From positions 1 through 64,000 of IMG/VR virus record IMGVR_UViG_3300031576_000001: DNA of 64,000 nucleotides; one strand, written 5' to 3'. The translations under genes and the position numbers were made by a program. The notes beneath the pieces were generated by a model that saw nothing but the letters and a program-made list of their open reading frames with translations, had not been told where the DNA came from and ran no database searches. Below are positions 18,388 through 25,761 of this stretch, piece after piece. The stretch's first letter is position 1. Each line of letters opens with the position of its first letter.

Positions 18388-18992
18388 CGCCCAAGACGAG
18401 AACCCTAGTCAAGCGGGCGCTCATCCGTGACGCCCTTACCCGTGCTCCCCCCGGGGAGCACTTCACCCTAGCCTCTGGGGTACAAACAGACACCTACTGC
18501 GACGTGAAGAAAGCCGCACTTCACAGCGAGACCATGCTGCACCTGGCAGCCCTCCTCGTTAAAGAGTTCCTCCCCGTGGTACCCGACTGTACGGCGCTGG
18601 CGGGCGTATCTCTAGGGGGGTGTCACCTGGCAAGCAGTACGGCAATGTATGCCAAGGTTCACTACGTGGGTGCCTTTGAAGTACTCTACATGCGCAAGGA
18701 AACTAAGGGCTACGGTACCAAGAGCCGGGTCGAGGCGCCGTGCTCCCTTCTTAAAGGAGGGAGGGTGGTTCTCCTAGAGGACGTGGTGACCACGGGGGAC
18801 TCTGTCCTGTCCGCGGCTGACGCCCTTACCCAAGAGGGCTTCAGCGTAAAACTCGTTCTCTCCGTGGTGGACCGGCGCCCCTGGTTTGAGCACTACCTCG
18901 GGGGTGGAAAGTACCCCTACCGGGCTCTTTTCGCGCTGGACGAGCTACTTGCGGACGATTTGTCAGGCAACGCCCCTCAAGAGGGTGTATAG
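18384..18992 (+). CDS. pyrE: Orotate phosphoribosyltransferase
   Basis: FTLASG...YCD, RKETKGYG, PRPP-binding loop VVLLEDVVTTGDS, VVDR. Confidence 0.9.
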   Translation: MTPKTRTLVKRALIRDALTRAPPGEHFTLASGVQTDTYCDVKKAALHSETMLHLAALLVKEFLPVVPDCTALAGVSLGGCHLASSTAMYAKVHYVGAFEVLYMRKETKGYGTKSRVEAPCSLLKGGRVVLLEDVVTTGDSVLSAADALTQEGFSVKLVLSVVDRRPWFEHYLGGGKYPYRALFALDELLADDLSGNAPQEGV

Positions 18993-19037
18993 GTCCGCAG
19001 TCGCCTTGGTGTTGCGGTCAGCGCCAGTGTGACCCAT

Positions 19038-19180
19038 GGGAAGGTAGCTCAGGTCAGAAGAGCACCGGAACGAAAGCACTCTCAAAAAAACATCCTCCCG
19101 GCTCGCGCTGGGACGGTCAAACTGAGGGTTACTTCACCATAAACCGTTGGTCGGTGGTGCAAATCCACCCCTTCCCACCC
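19038..19180 (+). ncRNA. tRNA(CAT)-Y-RNA hybrid 1 (bulged-helix module inserted in the anticodon loop)
   Basis: Acceptor GGGAAGG/CCTTCCC, D arm, T arm GGTGG-TGCAAAT-CCACC; insert CACTCTC..CATCCTCCC-loop-GGGACGGTCA..GAGGGTTACTTC placed before CATAA. Confidence 0.75.
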
Positions 19181-19207
19181 AACTTGACTTTCTCATCAGT
19201 ACACACG

Positions 19208-19285
19208 GGTTCCTTCATCTAAACGGACTAGGAGACCCTTGCTAACGCGAGGAGGATGTACGTTCAAATCGTACAGGAACCACTA
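19208..19285 (+). ncRNA. tRNA-like RNA with an extended anticodon stem closed by a TAAC tetraloop
   Basis: Acceptor GGTTCCT/AGGAACC, T arm GTACG-TTCAAAT-CGTAC; CTTGC-TAAC-GCGAG replaces the 7-nt loop. Confidence 0.65.
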
Positions 19286-19286
19286 A

Positions 19287-19356
19287 GGCGGGCAGTCAAC
19301 CGGCAAGGGTTACTTCACCACTAACGAAAAACACCTTTGCCACCACACCTCCCGCC
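19287..19356 (+). ncRNA. Minimal Y-RNA-like RNA
   Basis: GGCGGG-C-AG-TCA..GGCAAGGGTTACTTC..GAA..CCTTTGCC..CT-CCCGCC. Confidence 0.75.
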
Positions 19357-19363
19357 TACTTAT

Positions 19364-19494
19364 TGCAGTGTAGCTCGACGGTAGAGCACGCATGACGCCC
19401 TGAGCGTCAACCTCCCCAGCTAACGCCGGGGCAGTCATTGCATAGGGTTACTCCCATAAGCAGGACGAGGCGGGGCGTAGTCCCTCCACTGCAA
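19364..19494 (+). ncRNA. tRNA(CAT)-Y-RNA hybrid 2
   Basis: Acceptor TGCAGTG/CACTGCA, D arm TAGCTCGACGGTAGAGC; insert AACCTCCCC-loop-GGGGCAGTCA..TAGGGTTACTCC placed before CATAA; degenerate T loop. Confidence 0.7.
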
Positions 19495-19515
19495 CTTCTA
19501 CGACTTTCAGCCGCG

Positions 19516-19541
19516 AACCTCTCTCAACCAGGAGCAGTCAC
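19516..19541 (+). promoter_or_regulatory. Y-motif-like bulged hairpin covering the Shine-Dalgarno of the Ro60 gene
   Basis: AAC-CT-CTCT-caacca-GGAG-C-AG-TCA-C-ATG has the same geometry as the ncRNA motif. Confidence 0.5.
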
Positions 19542-21101
19542 ATGGGCCAATCCAAGTCGCACAAGAACTTCATGGCGGGCACGAGCTACACAGTCTCGCC
19601 CCTACTCACCCTTCGTATCGCAGCGGCGTCGTGCTTCTTCGGGGAGCCCACGTTCTACGGAGCCAAGGACAGCAAGCCGGTCGCGCCCTCCCAGCAACCC
19701 CAAGCGGTACAGAAGCACCTGAGTGTAACCCTCGGGGGTCTGGGGCAACCTGACTTCTCGGGGCTCACGCCCTCTCAGCGCATGGAGAAGGTCATTGACA
19801 ACGCGCTCGACGCGGACCCCGAGGCTACCCTCCAAGAGGCGGTTCTGCTCCGTAAGCAGGGTCACATTCGTACCACGCCCCAGGTCATCATGGTCCGGGC
19901 GGCGCGTCACCCCAAGGTGAGGGGCACGGGGCTCATCCGGCAGTACGCACCCAACATCCTGTCCAGGGGGGATGAGTCAGCGGTACAACTCAAGTACCTC
20001 AGCAACCTAACGGGCAAGGGGCCCATCCCCAACGCCCTCAAGAAGGCGTGGGCTGCTCACCTCTCGGGCATGAATGAGTACACGCTGGCCAAATACGCCA
20101 AGGACGGGCTGACCGACGTGGCGAACGTGTGTCACCCCGCAGGCAACCCTCTCTTGGAGAAGCTGGTCAAGGGCAAGCTCTCTCAGGGGGGCTCGACTTG
20201 GGAAGCCATCGTGAGCAAGGATGGCTCGACCAAGGAGGCATGGTCCAAGGCGGTCTCCGTCATGGGGCACATGGCGCTCCTACGCAACCTGCGCAACTTC
20301 CACGAGAAGGGCGTAGACCCCGCCGTCTACCTGGACAAGCTGGTGAACACCGCCAAGGACGGCAAGCAATTGCCGTTCCGCTACTGGTCCGCTTACAACG
20401 CCCTATCCGAGGGGAGCGCTACCACGCGGCAAGCCATCGAGGAGTGCTTGAAGAACTCGCTGGGTTTCCTGCCCTTCTTCAAGGGTAAGGTCGCGTCCCT
20501 CTGCGACAACTCAGGTTCCGCGGTGTCTGCCCGGGTGTCGTGCATGAGCGACGTGAACGTGGCGACCATTGCCAACCTCTCGGCGCTTCTCACGGGCTAC
20601 CAGTCGGACGAGGGCTGGGTCGGGCTCTTTGGGGACCGGCTTACGATGCGCCAGGTGGACCGCAGCAAGGCGCCCCTGGCTCAGCTTGCCGCTCTGAACG
20701 TGCTGGGTAAGCAGGTAGGCGGCTACACGGAGAACGGGATTTGGCTCTTCTGGGACGAGGCGATCCGCACCAAGAAGCACTGGGATCACGTTTTTGTCTA
20801 CAGCGACATGCAAGCCGGTCACGGTGACTTGTACGGCTCAGACCCGAGCCAATACAAGGCTTTCCAGTGGGTTCAGAACCCCAGCCACATTGACGTGGCT
20901 CGTCTCATCGGAGCCTACCGCGCCAGCGTGAACCCGAAGGTCAACGTGTTCCTGGTTCAGTGCGCGGGCTACGCAGACGCGATCCTGCCCGAGGAGTACT
21001 ACCGCACCAGCATCCTCGGCGGCTGGGGTGACGGTATCTTCCACTACGCGGACCAGATGACCCGTCTCTTTGACGGTCTGGACGCTTCGCAAGCAACTTG
21101 A
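19542..21101 (+). CDS. Ro60/Rsr-like TROVE-domain RNA-binding protein with a C-terminal vWA domain
   Basis: FFGEPTFY, YTLAKY, TWEAIVS, MGHMALLRNLRN, KQLPFRYWSAY, MIDAS-like DNSGS, VYSDMQ. Confidence 0.93.
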   Translation: MGQSKSHKNFMAGTSYTVSPLLTLRIAAASCFFGEPTFYGAKDSKPVAPSQQPQAVQKHLSVTLGGLGQPDFSGLTPSQRMEKVIDNALDADPEATLQEAVLLRKQGHIRTTPQVIMVRAARHPKVRGTGLIRQYAPNILSRGDESAVQLKYLSNLTGKGPIPNALKKAWAAHLSGMNEYTLAKYAKDGLTDVANVCHPAGNPLLEKLVKGKLSQGGSTWEAIVSKDGSTKEAWSKAVSVMGHMALLRNLRNFHEKGVDPAVYLDKLVNTAKDGKQLPFRYWSAYNALSEGSATTRQAIEECLKNSLGFLPFFKGKVASLCDNSGSAVSARVSCMSDVNVATIANLSALLTGYQSDEGWVGLFGDRLTMRQVDRSKAPLAQLAALNVLGKQVGGYTENGIWLFWDEAIRTKKHWDHVFVYSDMQAGHGDLYGSDPSQYKAFQWVQNPSHIDVARLIGAYRASVNPKVNVFLVQCAGYADAILPEEYYRTSILGGWGDGIFHYADQMTRLFDGLDASQAT

Positions 21102-21163
21102 CGCTTGCGTGTAGCTGCAACGACGGTCTGGACGCCCAGACCCCGTTACAAGATATCCCTCCC

Positions 21164-21209
21164 GTGCTACGTGTACCTCGCAGTCAGTTCAGGGTACACG
21201 TAGCACTTT
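21164..21209 (+). terminator. 14-bp perfect hairpin followed by TTT (terminator or processing stem)
   Basis: GTGCTACGTGTACC / GGTACACGTAGCAC. Confidence 0.5.
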
Positions 21210-21279
21210 CCCGGTTCGTTCAGTGGTAGGACAGGATGTTTTGGTTATCCTTACCGTGGTTCGATTCCACGACCGGGGG
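21209..21279 (+). tRNA. tRNA-Gln(TTG)
   Basis: Cloverleaf; anticodon loop TTTTGGT; TTCGATT T loop. Confidence 0.8.
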
Positions 21280-21280
21280 C

Positions 21281-21949
21281 TCATACAAACTGAGGCGTAG
21301 CAGACAGGGCTGAGGCTAACTTGCTCAGCCGCTTGTCGATGGCCTCGTATTCGCGCACCACGTTGCGTTCTGCGTAGGAGAGGTCAGACGAGGGGATCTG
21401 TTTCAGAACCTCCATGATGCCGGCCCTGTTACGCATAACGTCCCGGTTGGCGAAGAACTCTAGCTCGTCCGCCAGACCCTCAAACTTGCGTAGCGTGACC
21501 GCCAGACCGAGAAGGGTAGCCTTGACCGCTGCGATCTCCTTCTCAGCCGATCCGCCCAGCTTGTAGGTTATGTCGTCGAAAGCCTTCTGGGGAAAGTAGT
21601 TCCGAGGGTCTCTCAGTTGATCCAGGGTTTGGTTCTGAAAAGTTCCCCAGTAGACGCCTCCCGTGCCCTGCTCGACCTTGGCTGTGCCTCCAAAGGTACC
21701 AGGGACCGTCTGACCGCGAGACTGCACGTCCAACGCAAAGAAAAAGTTGGGTGTGTACTCACCCGGGGTGTCTAGCCACCAAGAGAAGTTAACCCCCATG
21801 ACGGTTTTGTGTCCACCTCGATACTCGCAGGCTAGCCCGCTCTTTTGCGTGAAGTAGGCAGCGTAAGCCTTACCAGCCCGCCCCATCAGGCGCCCCACGT
21901 CAGCGAGAGGGTTGGCGCCAGCCGCGCCACGGTCGTAATTGTAGGTCAT
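21281..21949 (-). CDS. Hypothetical protein
   Basis: Long ORF; likely start MTYNYDR at 21949. Confidence 0.7.
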   Translation of the reverse strand: MTYNYDRGAAGANPLADVGRLMGRAGKAYAAYFTQKSGLACEYRGGHKTVMGVNFSWWLDTPGEYTPNFFFALDVQSRGQTVPGTFGGTAKVEQGTGGVYWGTFQNQTLDQLRDPRNYFPQKAFDDITYKLGGSAEKEIAAVKATLLGLAVTLRKFEGLADELEFFANRDVMRNRAGIMEVLKQIPSSDLSYAERNVVREYEAIDKRLSKLASALSATPQFV

Positions 21950-22139
21950 GGTTTCCAAGAGCGACGGGGACAAGACCCTTACAGGGGCACGCGACACCCT
22001 CTCAGAGGTTTGCGAAGCATTGTGCGTCATCCATGGTGACGCGATGCGTCAAAGACCCGAAGGTGGGTGGGTGTGCTACCCATGTGAGGCAGAAGAAAAA
22101 CAAACCCGTCAGGAAGCCTGTACAAAACTTGTCTATCCC

Positions 22140-22248
22140 GGTGTAGCAAGATACAGTAGCCGAGAACCCGCCGGCAGTTGAGGTAGGGTCGGAGCTACAG
22201 ACCGAGCGAGGTTCCCTTAGATGGGAGCGTGGTTCCTTGACAACTGAA
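22140..22248 (+). promoter_or_regulatory. tRNA-array leader: GGTGTA promoter motif, hairpin, and boxA-like GTTCCTTGACAACTGAA
   Basis: 22232-22248 resembles the rrn-leader boxA (GTTCTTTGAAAACTGAA) and lies immediately before the first tRNA. Confidence 0.55.
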
Positions 22249-22255
22249 ACCTTTT

Positions 22256-22335
22256 CTAGCTCACGTAGCTGGTGCTACAGGCGGTCTGTAAAACCGCTGT
22301 CCATGACATGCGGGGTTCGATTCCCCGGGGCTAGG
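22256..22335 (+). tRNA. tRNA-Tyr(GTA)
   Basis: GCGGT-CTGTAAA-ACCGC; variable arm present. Confidence 0.8.
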
Positions 22336-22339
22336 CTGA

Positions 22340-22412
22340 CAAGCTGTAGGCGCAAGGAGTGCTACCAGCATGGAATGCTGGGGGTGTGTAGGTCATATCT
22401 ACACCGGCTTGT
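22340..22412 (+). tRNA. Atypical tRNA, anticodon GGA (Ser?), short variable arm
   Basis: CCAGC-ATGGAAT-GCTGG; degenerate T loop. Confidence 0.5.
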
Positions 22413-22415
22413 CAA

Positions 22416-22515
22416 TCGAGGAAGCCACAGGCGTGGCCTTTGGGGGTGATACCCTGAAGCGGGGTGTGCAGTGTGCATAACTGGGCACCAGCGGGTCCGA
22501 TTCCCACTCCTCGGG
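22416..22515 (+). ncRNA. Atypical tRNA-like RNA with a long extra arm
   Basis: CGAGGA/TCCTCG acceptor; GGG-TCCGATT-CCC T arm. Confidence 0.45.
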
Positions 22516-22555
22516 CTTGTACCGTGCTCACCGGGGCTATACGGTGAGGTTTTAT

Positions 22556-22628
22556 CCGCGCAAATCCTTGGTGGTCTAGGTACCTGTCTGATATACAGGC
22601 GATGGGAGTTCGACTCTTCCTGCGCGGA
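22556..22628 (+). tRNA. tRNA-Ile(GAT)
   Basis: CCTGT-CTGATAT-ACAGG. Confidence 0.8.
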
Positions 22629-22630
22629 CT

Positions 22631-22703
22631 GTGGCCGGTGGTTGCATGGTGCGACCGTCTAACTGTGAATTAGACTTCAGAGGGTTCGATTCCCTTCGGT
22701 CAC
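22631..22703 (+). tRNA. tRNA-His(GTG)
   Basis: TCTAA-CTGTGAA-TTAGA. Confidence 0.8.
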
Positions 22704-22929
22704 TCTGGCGTGCCTAGGGCACGTCTTACGCTTTCCGTTCCGGCTTGAAAGTCTTGGGCTGCGCGCGTACACCCAAGAGGAGTAGAGAGAGGGAGACTCT
22801 AACCAGATTGATCCTCTGGTGTACATCTGAAAAGAGGGGAGACCTGTGTGCGAGTCACAGGGAGGGCACTAGTCGAGAGCAGTGTTGAATGGTTCAGCGA
22901 GGGAGAGGATGCCCGACTGCCCGACGAAT

Positions 22930-23001
22930 TCCGAGGTTGTCAACGGTAGGGCGACCACACTGTTACTGTGGTGTTTGCAGGTCCGACTCCTGCCCTCGGA
23001 G
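22930..23001 (+). tRNA. tRNA-Asn(GTT)
   Basis: CCACA-CTGTTAC-TGTGG. Confidence 0.75.
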
Positions 23002-23303
23002 CCCGGTACGCGGAAGGGGTAAGCGATGCCTCTTCGTGCGTGCCTGAGATTACGTGCTCTAGTTCAACGCTAGAACAACGTCACTGGCTCGTCGTGGGCC
23101 GGCGTGTAGATGCAACGCACGGTGTGCTCCGCGCTAGCCTTTGGTTAGTTGCACAGACTACCCTTTGGTTTGACACCCAAAGGTGGCCCGTCTTGGACAA
23201 GACAGGGGTATCTCACCCCTCGGAGTCCCATGAGGATGACGAAATCAGAACCGGCGGAGGCTGTGTTTACACGGTCGAAGAAACCGGGGACGGAGAGAAC
23301 TAT

Positions 23304-23376
23304 GCCACCCAAGCACATCTGGTGATTGCAGTCCCCTGAAGAGGGAAACGGCCCGGTTCGATCCCGGGGGGTGGCA
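23304..23376 (+). tRNA. tRNA-Phe(GAA)
   Basis: TCCC-CTGAAGA-GGGA. Confidence 0.8.
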
Positions 23377-23449
23377 CTACGGGCGACAAGACTTGTGGTT
23401 CGAGTCCACACTGATTCTTCTGAGAGACGAAGGGTCGGGTAACGGATAA

Positions 23450-23523
23450 CAGCGTGAAGTCTTATGGCGAGACGCCAGTTCGGGGAACTGGAGATCGGAG
23501 GTTCAATTCCTCTCACGCTGACC
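23450..23523 (+). tRNA. tRNA-Pro(GGG)
   Basis: CCAGT-TCGGGGA-ACTGG. Confidence 0.75.
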
Positions 23524-23597
23524 GCGGAAGAGTGGCACGGTTCCATAGCTGGCTCATACCCAGAATACATTCAGTTCAACTCTGATTTCCGCCACCA
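23523..23597 (+). tRNA. tRNA-Met(CAT)
   Basis: CTGG-CTCATAC-CCAG; encoded CCA end. Confidence 0.75.
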
Positions 23598-23607
23598 GTG
23601 AAGACAT

Positions 23608-23684
23608 TGCGGCGTGGAGCAGCCTGGAAGCTCGCAAGGCTCATAACCTTGAGGTCGTCGGTTCAAATCCGACCGCTCGCGACA
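23608..23684 (+). tRNA. tRNA-fMet-like (CAT)
   Basis: GTGGAGCAGCCTGGAAGCTCG...CTCATAA...GGTCGTCGGTTCAAATCCG is close to bacterial initiator tRNA. Confidence 0.85.
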
Positions 23685-23685
23685 A

Positions 23686-23790
23686 AGAGTGTAGTCAAAG
23701 AAGAGGGTTACTTCCTCTAGTAAGAGAAACCTGACGGTTCGATTCCGTCCCGGCGTGGTCGCCATACACTCTCTTCGTTCATCTCACTCT
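23686..23790 (+). ncRNA. YrlA-like Y RNA with an internal T arm
   Basis: AGAGTG-T-AG-TCA..GAAGAGGGTTACTTC..GACGG-TTCGATT-CCGTC..CTCTCTTC..CT-CACTCT. Confidence 0.8.
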
Positions 23791-23793
23791 CTA

Positions 23794-23867
23794 TCCTCGG
23801 TAGCTCAAGTGAAGAGCACCTCCTGTTTACAGGGGTTGATGCTAGGTTCGATGCCTAGCCCTTGGGC
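23794..23867 (+). ncRNA. tRNA-like RNA with an expanded anticodon arm (CTG-TTTA-CAG)
   Basis: Canonical D and T arms; imperfect acceptor stem. Confidence 0.55.
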
Positions 23868-23917
23868 AATCCGTGATGGGGCAACTCGGGCAACAGGGTA
23901 CCCAGCACGGTCGTATT

Positions 23918-23986
23918 GTGCAAGAGTCAAGGCGACAACGTGGTTTCCAAATCCACGGAAGGTGGGTTCGATTCCTCCCTTGCACG
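23918..23986 (+). tRNA. tRNA-Trp(CCA)
   Basis: CGTGG(T)-TTCCAAA-(T)CCACG. Confidence 0.65.
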
Positions 23987-23988
23987 CT

Positions 23989-24088
23989 AGGTGTAGTCAA
24001 GCCCAGAGGTTCATCATACAATAGATGCTGGCTCCCTTGCGAGAGCCAGCACCCCGTACCAAACCACCTCTTGGTAACAATCTCACCT
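23989..24088 (+). ncRNA. Y-RNA-like RNA
   Basis: AGGTG-T-AG-TCA..AGAGGTTCATC..internal hairpin..ACCTCT..CT-CACCT. Confidence 0.7.
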
Positions 24089-24093
24089 TTTCT

Positions 24094-24113
24094 GGCGTCG
24101 TGGCTCAGTGGTT
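24094..24113 (+). pseudogene. 5' fragment of a tRNA disrupted by the HNH insertion
   Basis: GGCGTCGTGGCTCAGTGGTT ends at the HNH promoter. Confidence 0.55.
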
Positions 24114-24134
24114 GGGCCGGTGTATGCACATCTT

Positions 24135-24500
24135 ATGGCTGAATCAGAGCTTGTGACTTGTTGTGGTAAGACAATACAAAAGAGGCACCTCAAGACGCAC
24201 TTGAGGCTCAAGCACAAAGACTTCTCTCTCATACGTAGGGACTCAACACGGAGAGAGCGCCTTATTGTTGAGAGGGGGCATCGTTGTCAGGTGTGTGGCA
24301 TGTCTGAATGGATGGGCGTCAACATACCCATTGAGCTTGACCATACTGATGGCAATTGTGAAAACAATACGAGGGAGAACTTGAGGCTAATATGCCCCAA
24401 TTGCCATGCCCAAACTCCGACCTATCGGGGTAAGAATATGGGTAAAAGTGGGCATACCAAGCGAGCGACTATACTGAAGAAGTATGGTAGTTATCGTTGA
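24135..24500 (+). CDS. HNH homing endonuclease
   Basis: CQVC...ELDHTDGNCENNTRENLRLICPNCHAQT; lower GC; GGTGTA 10 nt upstream. Confidence 0.9.
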   Translation: MAESELVTCCGKTIQKRHLKTHLRLKHKDFSLIRRDSTRRERLIVERGHRCQVCGMSEWMGVNIPIELDHTDGNCENNTRENLRLICPNCHAQTPTYRGKNMGKSGHTKRATILKKYGSYR

Positions 24501-24503
24501 TTC

Positions 24504-24574
24504 GGTGCCGTAGCTTGAAGGTCAAGCCAGGAGCTTTTAACTCTTAGTTGAGGGTTCGATTCCCTCCGGCGCCA
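24504..24574 (+). tRNA. tRNA-Lys(TTT)
   Basis: AGGAG-CTTTTAA-CTCTT. Confidence 0.8.
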
Positions 24575-24632
24575 CGAGGCTCGGGATACTTTTTGCAGCC
24601 TGCAATAGTGTTCACAACCTGAGCCTTACTAG

Positions 24633-24706
24633 GGGAGTCTAGTTGGTCTGGTGACCGCGCTTGCTTCATAAGCAAGTTTAGAAGGGTTCGATCCCCTTGG
24701 CTCCTA
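24633..24706 (+). tRNA. tRNA-Met/Ile2(CAT)
   Basis: CTTGC-TTCATAA-GCAAG. Confidence 0.7.
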
Positions 24707-24834
24707 CGAGCTGAACCTGCGAGGGTCCGGCTAATTTGCCCTGGCGACGGGGTAGGGGTTGCCCCGAGAGTGTCTTGGTACACAACGGCGGCGTTGATGG
24801 TTCAGCCTCAGACTCGACCCATGGGGCATTACAA

Positions 24835-24905
24835 GGGGTTATCGTCCAAAGGCAGGACGGCAGATTTGCATTCTGCAAATTTCGGTTCGAGTCCGAATTA
24901 CTCCA
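24835..24905 (+). tRNA. tRNA-Cys(GCA)
   Basis: GCAGA-TTTGCAT-TCTGC arm. The loop can also be read with TGC central, so the anticodon call is tentative. Confidence 0.6.
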
Positions 24906-24913
24906 CGACAGAT

Positions 24914-24986
24914 CAGGGAGAAGCCCTATGGTGGGGCGCCAGTTTCGGGAACTGGAACTTCGCGAGTTCAATTCTCGCCTCCCTGA
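24914..24986 (+). tRNA. tRNA-Pro(CGG)
   Basis: CCAGT-TTCGGGA-ACTGG. Confidence 0.8.
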
Positions 24987-25063
24987 CTATGGGTGCGTCT
25001 CTTAGGACGCCAGGGTCGCCTGGTACCTTGACACACCCGTTACGTGACTTACCGTCACGTTTC

Positions 25064-25153
25064 GCCCTGGTAGCTCAACTACGAGAGCGCCCCTGTAGTG
25101 TCCCCAGGGACCAACAGGGGAGGTTGGAGGTGCAAATCCTTCCCCGGGCCCCA
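25064..25153 (+). ncRNA. tRNA-like RNA whose anticodon arm is replaced by a long hairpin; CCA end
   Basis: CCCCTGT..GTCCC-CA-GGGAC..ACAGGGG lies between normal D and T arms. Confidence 0.65.
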
Positions 25154-25158
25154 TGTTT

Positions 25159-25233
25159 GCCAACGTAGCCCAACTAGGTAGAGGCAACTGCCCGAGGCGC
25201 AGTACAGTGAGAGTCCGAATCTCTTCGTTGGTA
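25159..25233 (+). tRNA. tRNA-Leu(GAG), short variable arm
   Basis: ACTGC-CCGAGGC-GCAGT. Confidence 0.7.
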
Positions 25234-25243
25234 CTTGATAAAG

Positions 25244-25314
25244 CGTGCTGTTTCCCTTGGAGGGTGGGCGGTCTTCTAAACCGCTACGTGTGTGTTCAAT
25301 TCTCACCAGCACGA
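25244..25314 (+). tRNA. tRNA-Arg(TCT)
   Basis: GCGGT-CTTCTAA-ACCGC. Confidence 0.7.
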
Positions 25315-25317
25315 CAA

Positions 25318-25389
25318 TGCGTGGGCGTCCCGGGGACAACAGAGGCTTTGACCCTCTGGAAAAAGGTTCGACTCCTTTCTCGCGTACCA
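25318..25389 (+). tRNA. tRNA-Gln(TTG)
   Basis: AGAGG-CTTTGAC-CCTCT; CCA end. Confidence 0.75.
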
Positions 25390-25452
25390 AGGTGTAGTCA
25401 CTCAGAGGGTTACTTCGGCAAGAACAGGCACCCTCTAAACTCTATCTCACCT
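25390..25452 (+). ncRNA. Minimal Y-RNA-like RNA
   Basis: AGGTG-T-AG-TCA..AGAGGGTTACTTC-GGCAA-GAA..ACCCTCT..CT-CACCT. Confidence 0.75.
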
Positions 25453-25458
25453 TCCAAT

Positions 25459-25529
25459 GGAACCGTAGCTCTAAGGCAGAGCACGACGCTCTTAACGTCA
25501 GGGTCAGGGTTCGATTCCCTGTGGTTCCA
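25459..25529 (+). tRNA. tRNA-Lys(CTT)
   Basis: GACG-CTCTTAA-CGTC. Confidence 0.8.
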
Positions 25530-25612
25530 CGATAGGAGCAGTCACTTGAGTAGGCAGGTGAGAGCAGACGTGCTTAGGGTCGCCAGACGCAACCCTCTGT
25601 TTTTGCTTACAA

Positions 25613-25688
25613 CGCGCAAACGTCTCTGGTGGGGCAAACAGCCTGACGTGCTGTTCTTGGACGGGTTCGATTCCCTCTTGCGTGACCA
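25613..25688 (+). tRNA. tRNA-Val(GAC)
   Basis: ACAGC-CTGACGT-GCTGT; CCA end. Confidence 0.7.
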
Positions 25689-25724
25689 GCGTAAAGCCCT
25701 ATGGTGGGGCGCTTGCTTTGGGTA
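25687..25724 (+). pseudogene. 5' half of tRNA-Pro(TGG) truncated at the anticodon loop by the HNH insertion
   Basis: CAGCGTAAAGCCCTATGGTGGGGCGCTTGCTTTGGGT has the same D arm as tRNA-Pro(CGG) at 24914. Confidence 0.7.
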
Positions 25725-25761
25725 CGTGGCACGCTCCTGTGCGTTCAGTCATACTAACTGC

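Noticed and set aside
19069-19136. Self-splicing group I intron in the tRNA(CAT) elements
   Set aside because: The inserts are only about 60-70 nt, lack a group I core, and match the Y-like motif instead.
24633-24706. Selenocysteine/opal tRNA (TCA) reading of CTTCATA
   Set aside because: The best stem, CTTGC/GCAAG, centres CAT, and there is no long variable arm.
25535-25612. Eighth Y-like RNA starting GGAGCAGTCAC
   Set aside because: It has the 5' strand and an inner stem but no complementary CT-CTCC closing strand and no TTACTTC.
25153-25761. N-terminal ~200 aa of the 351-aa ORF 25153-26208
   Set aside because: It overlaps several tRNAs and a Y-like RNA; only the HNH part from about 25762 is protein-like.
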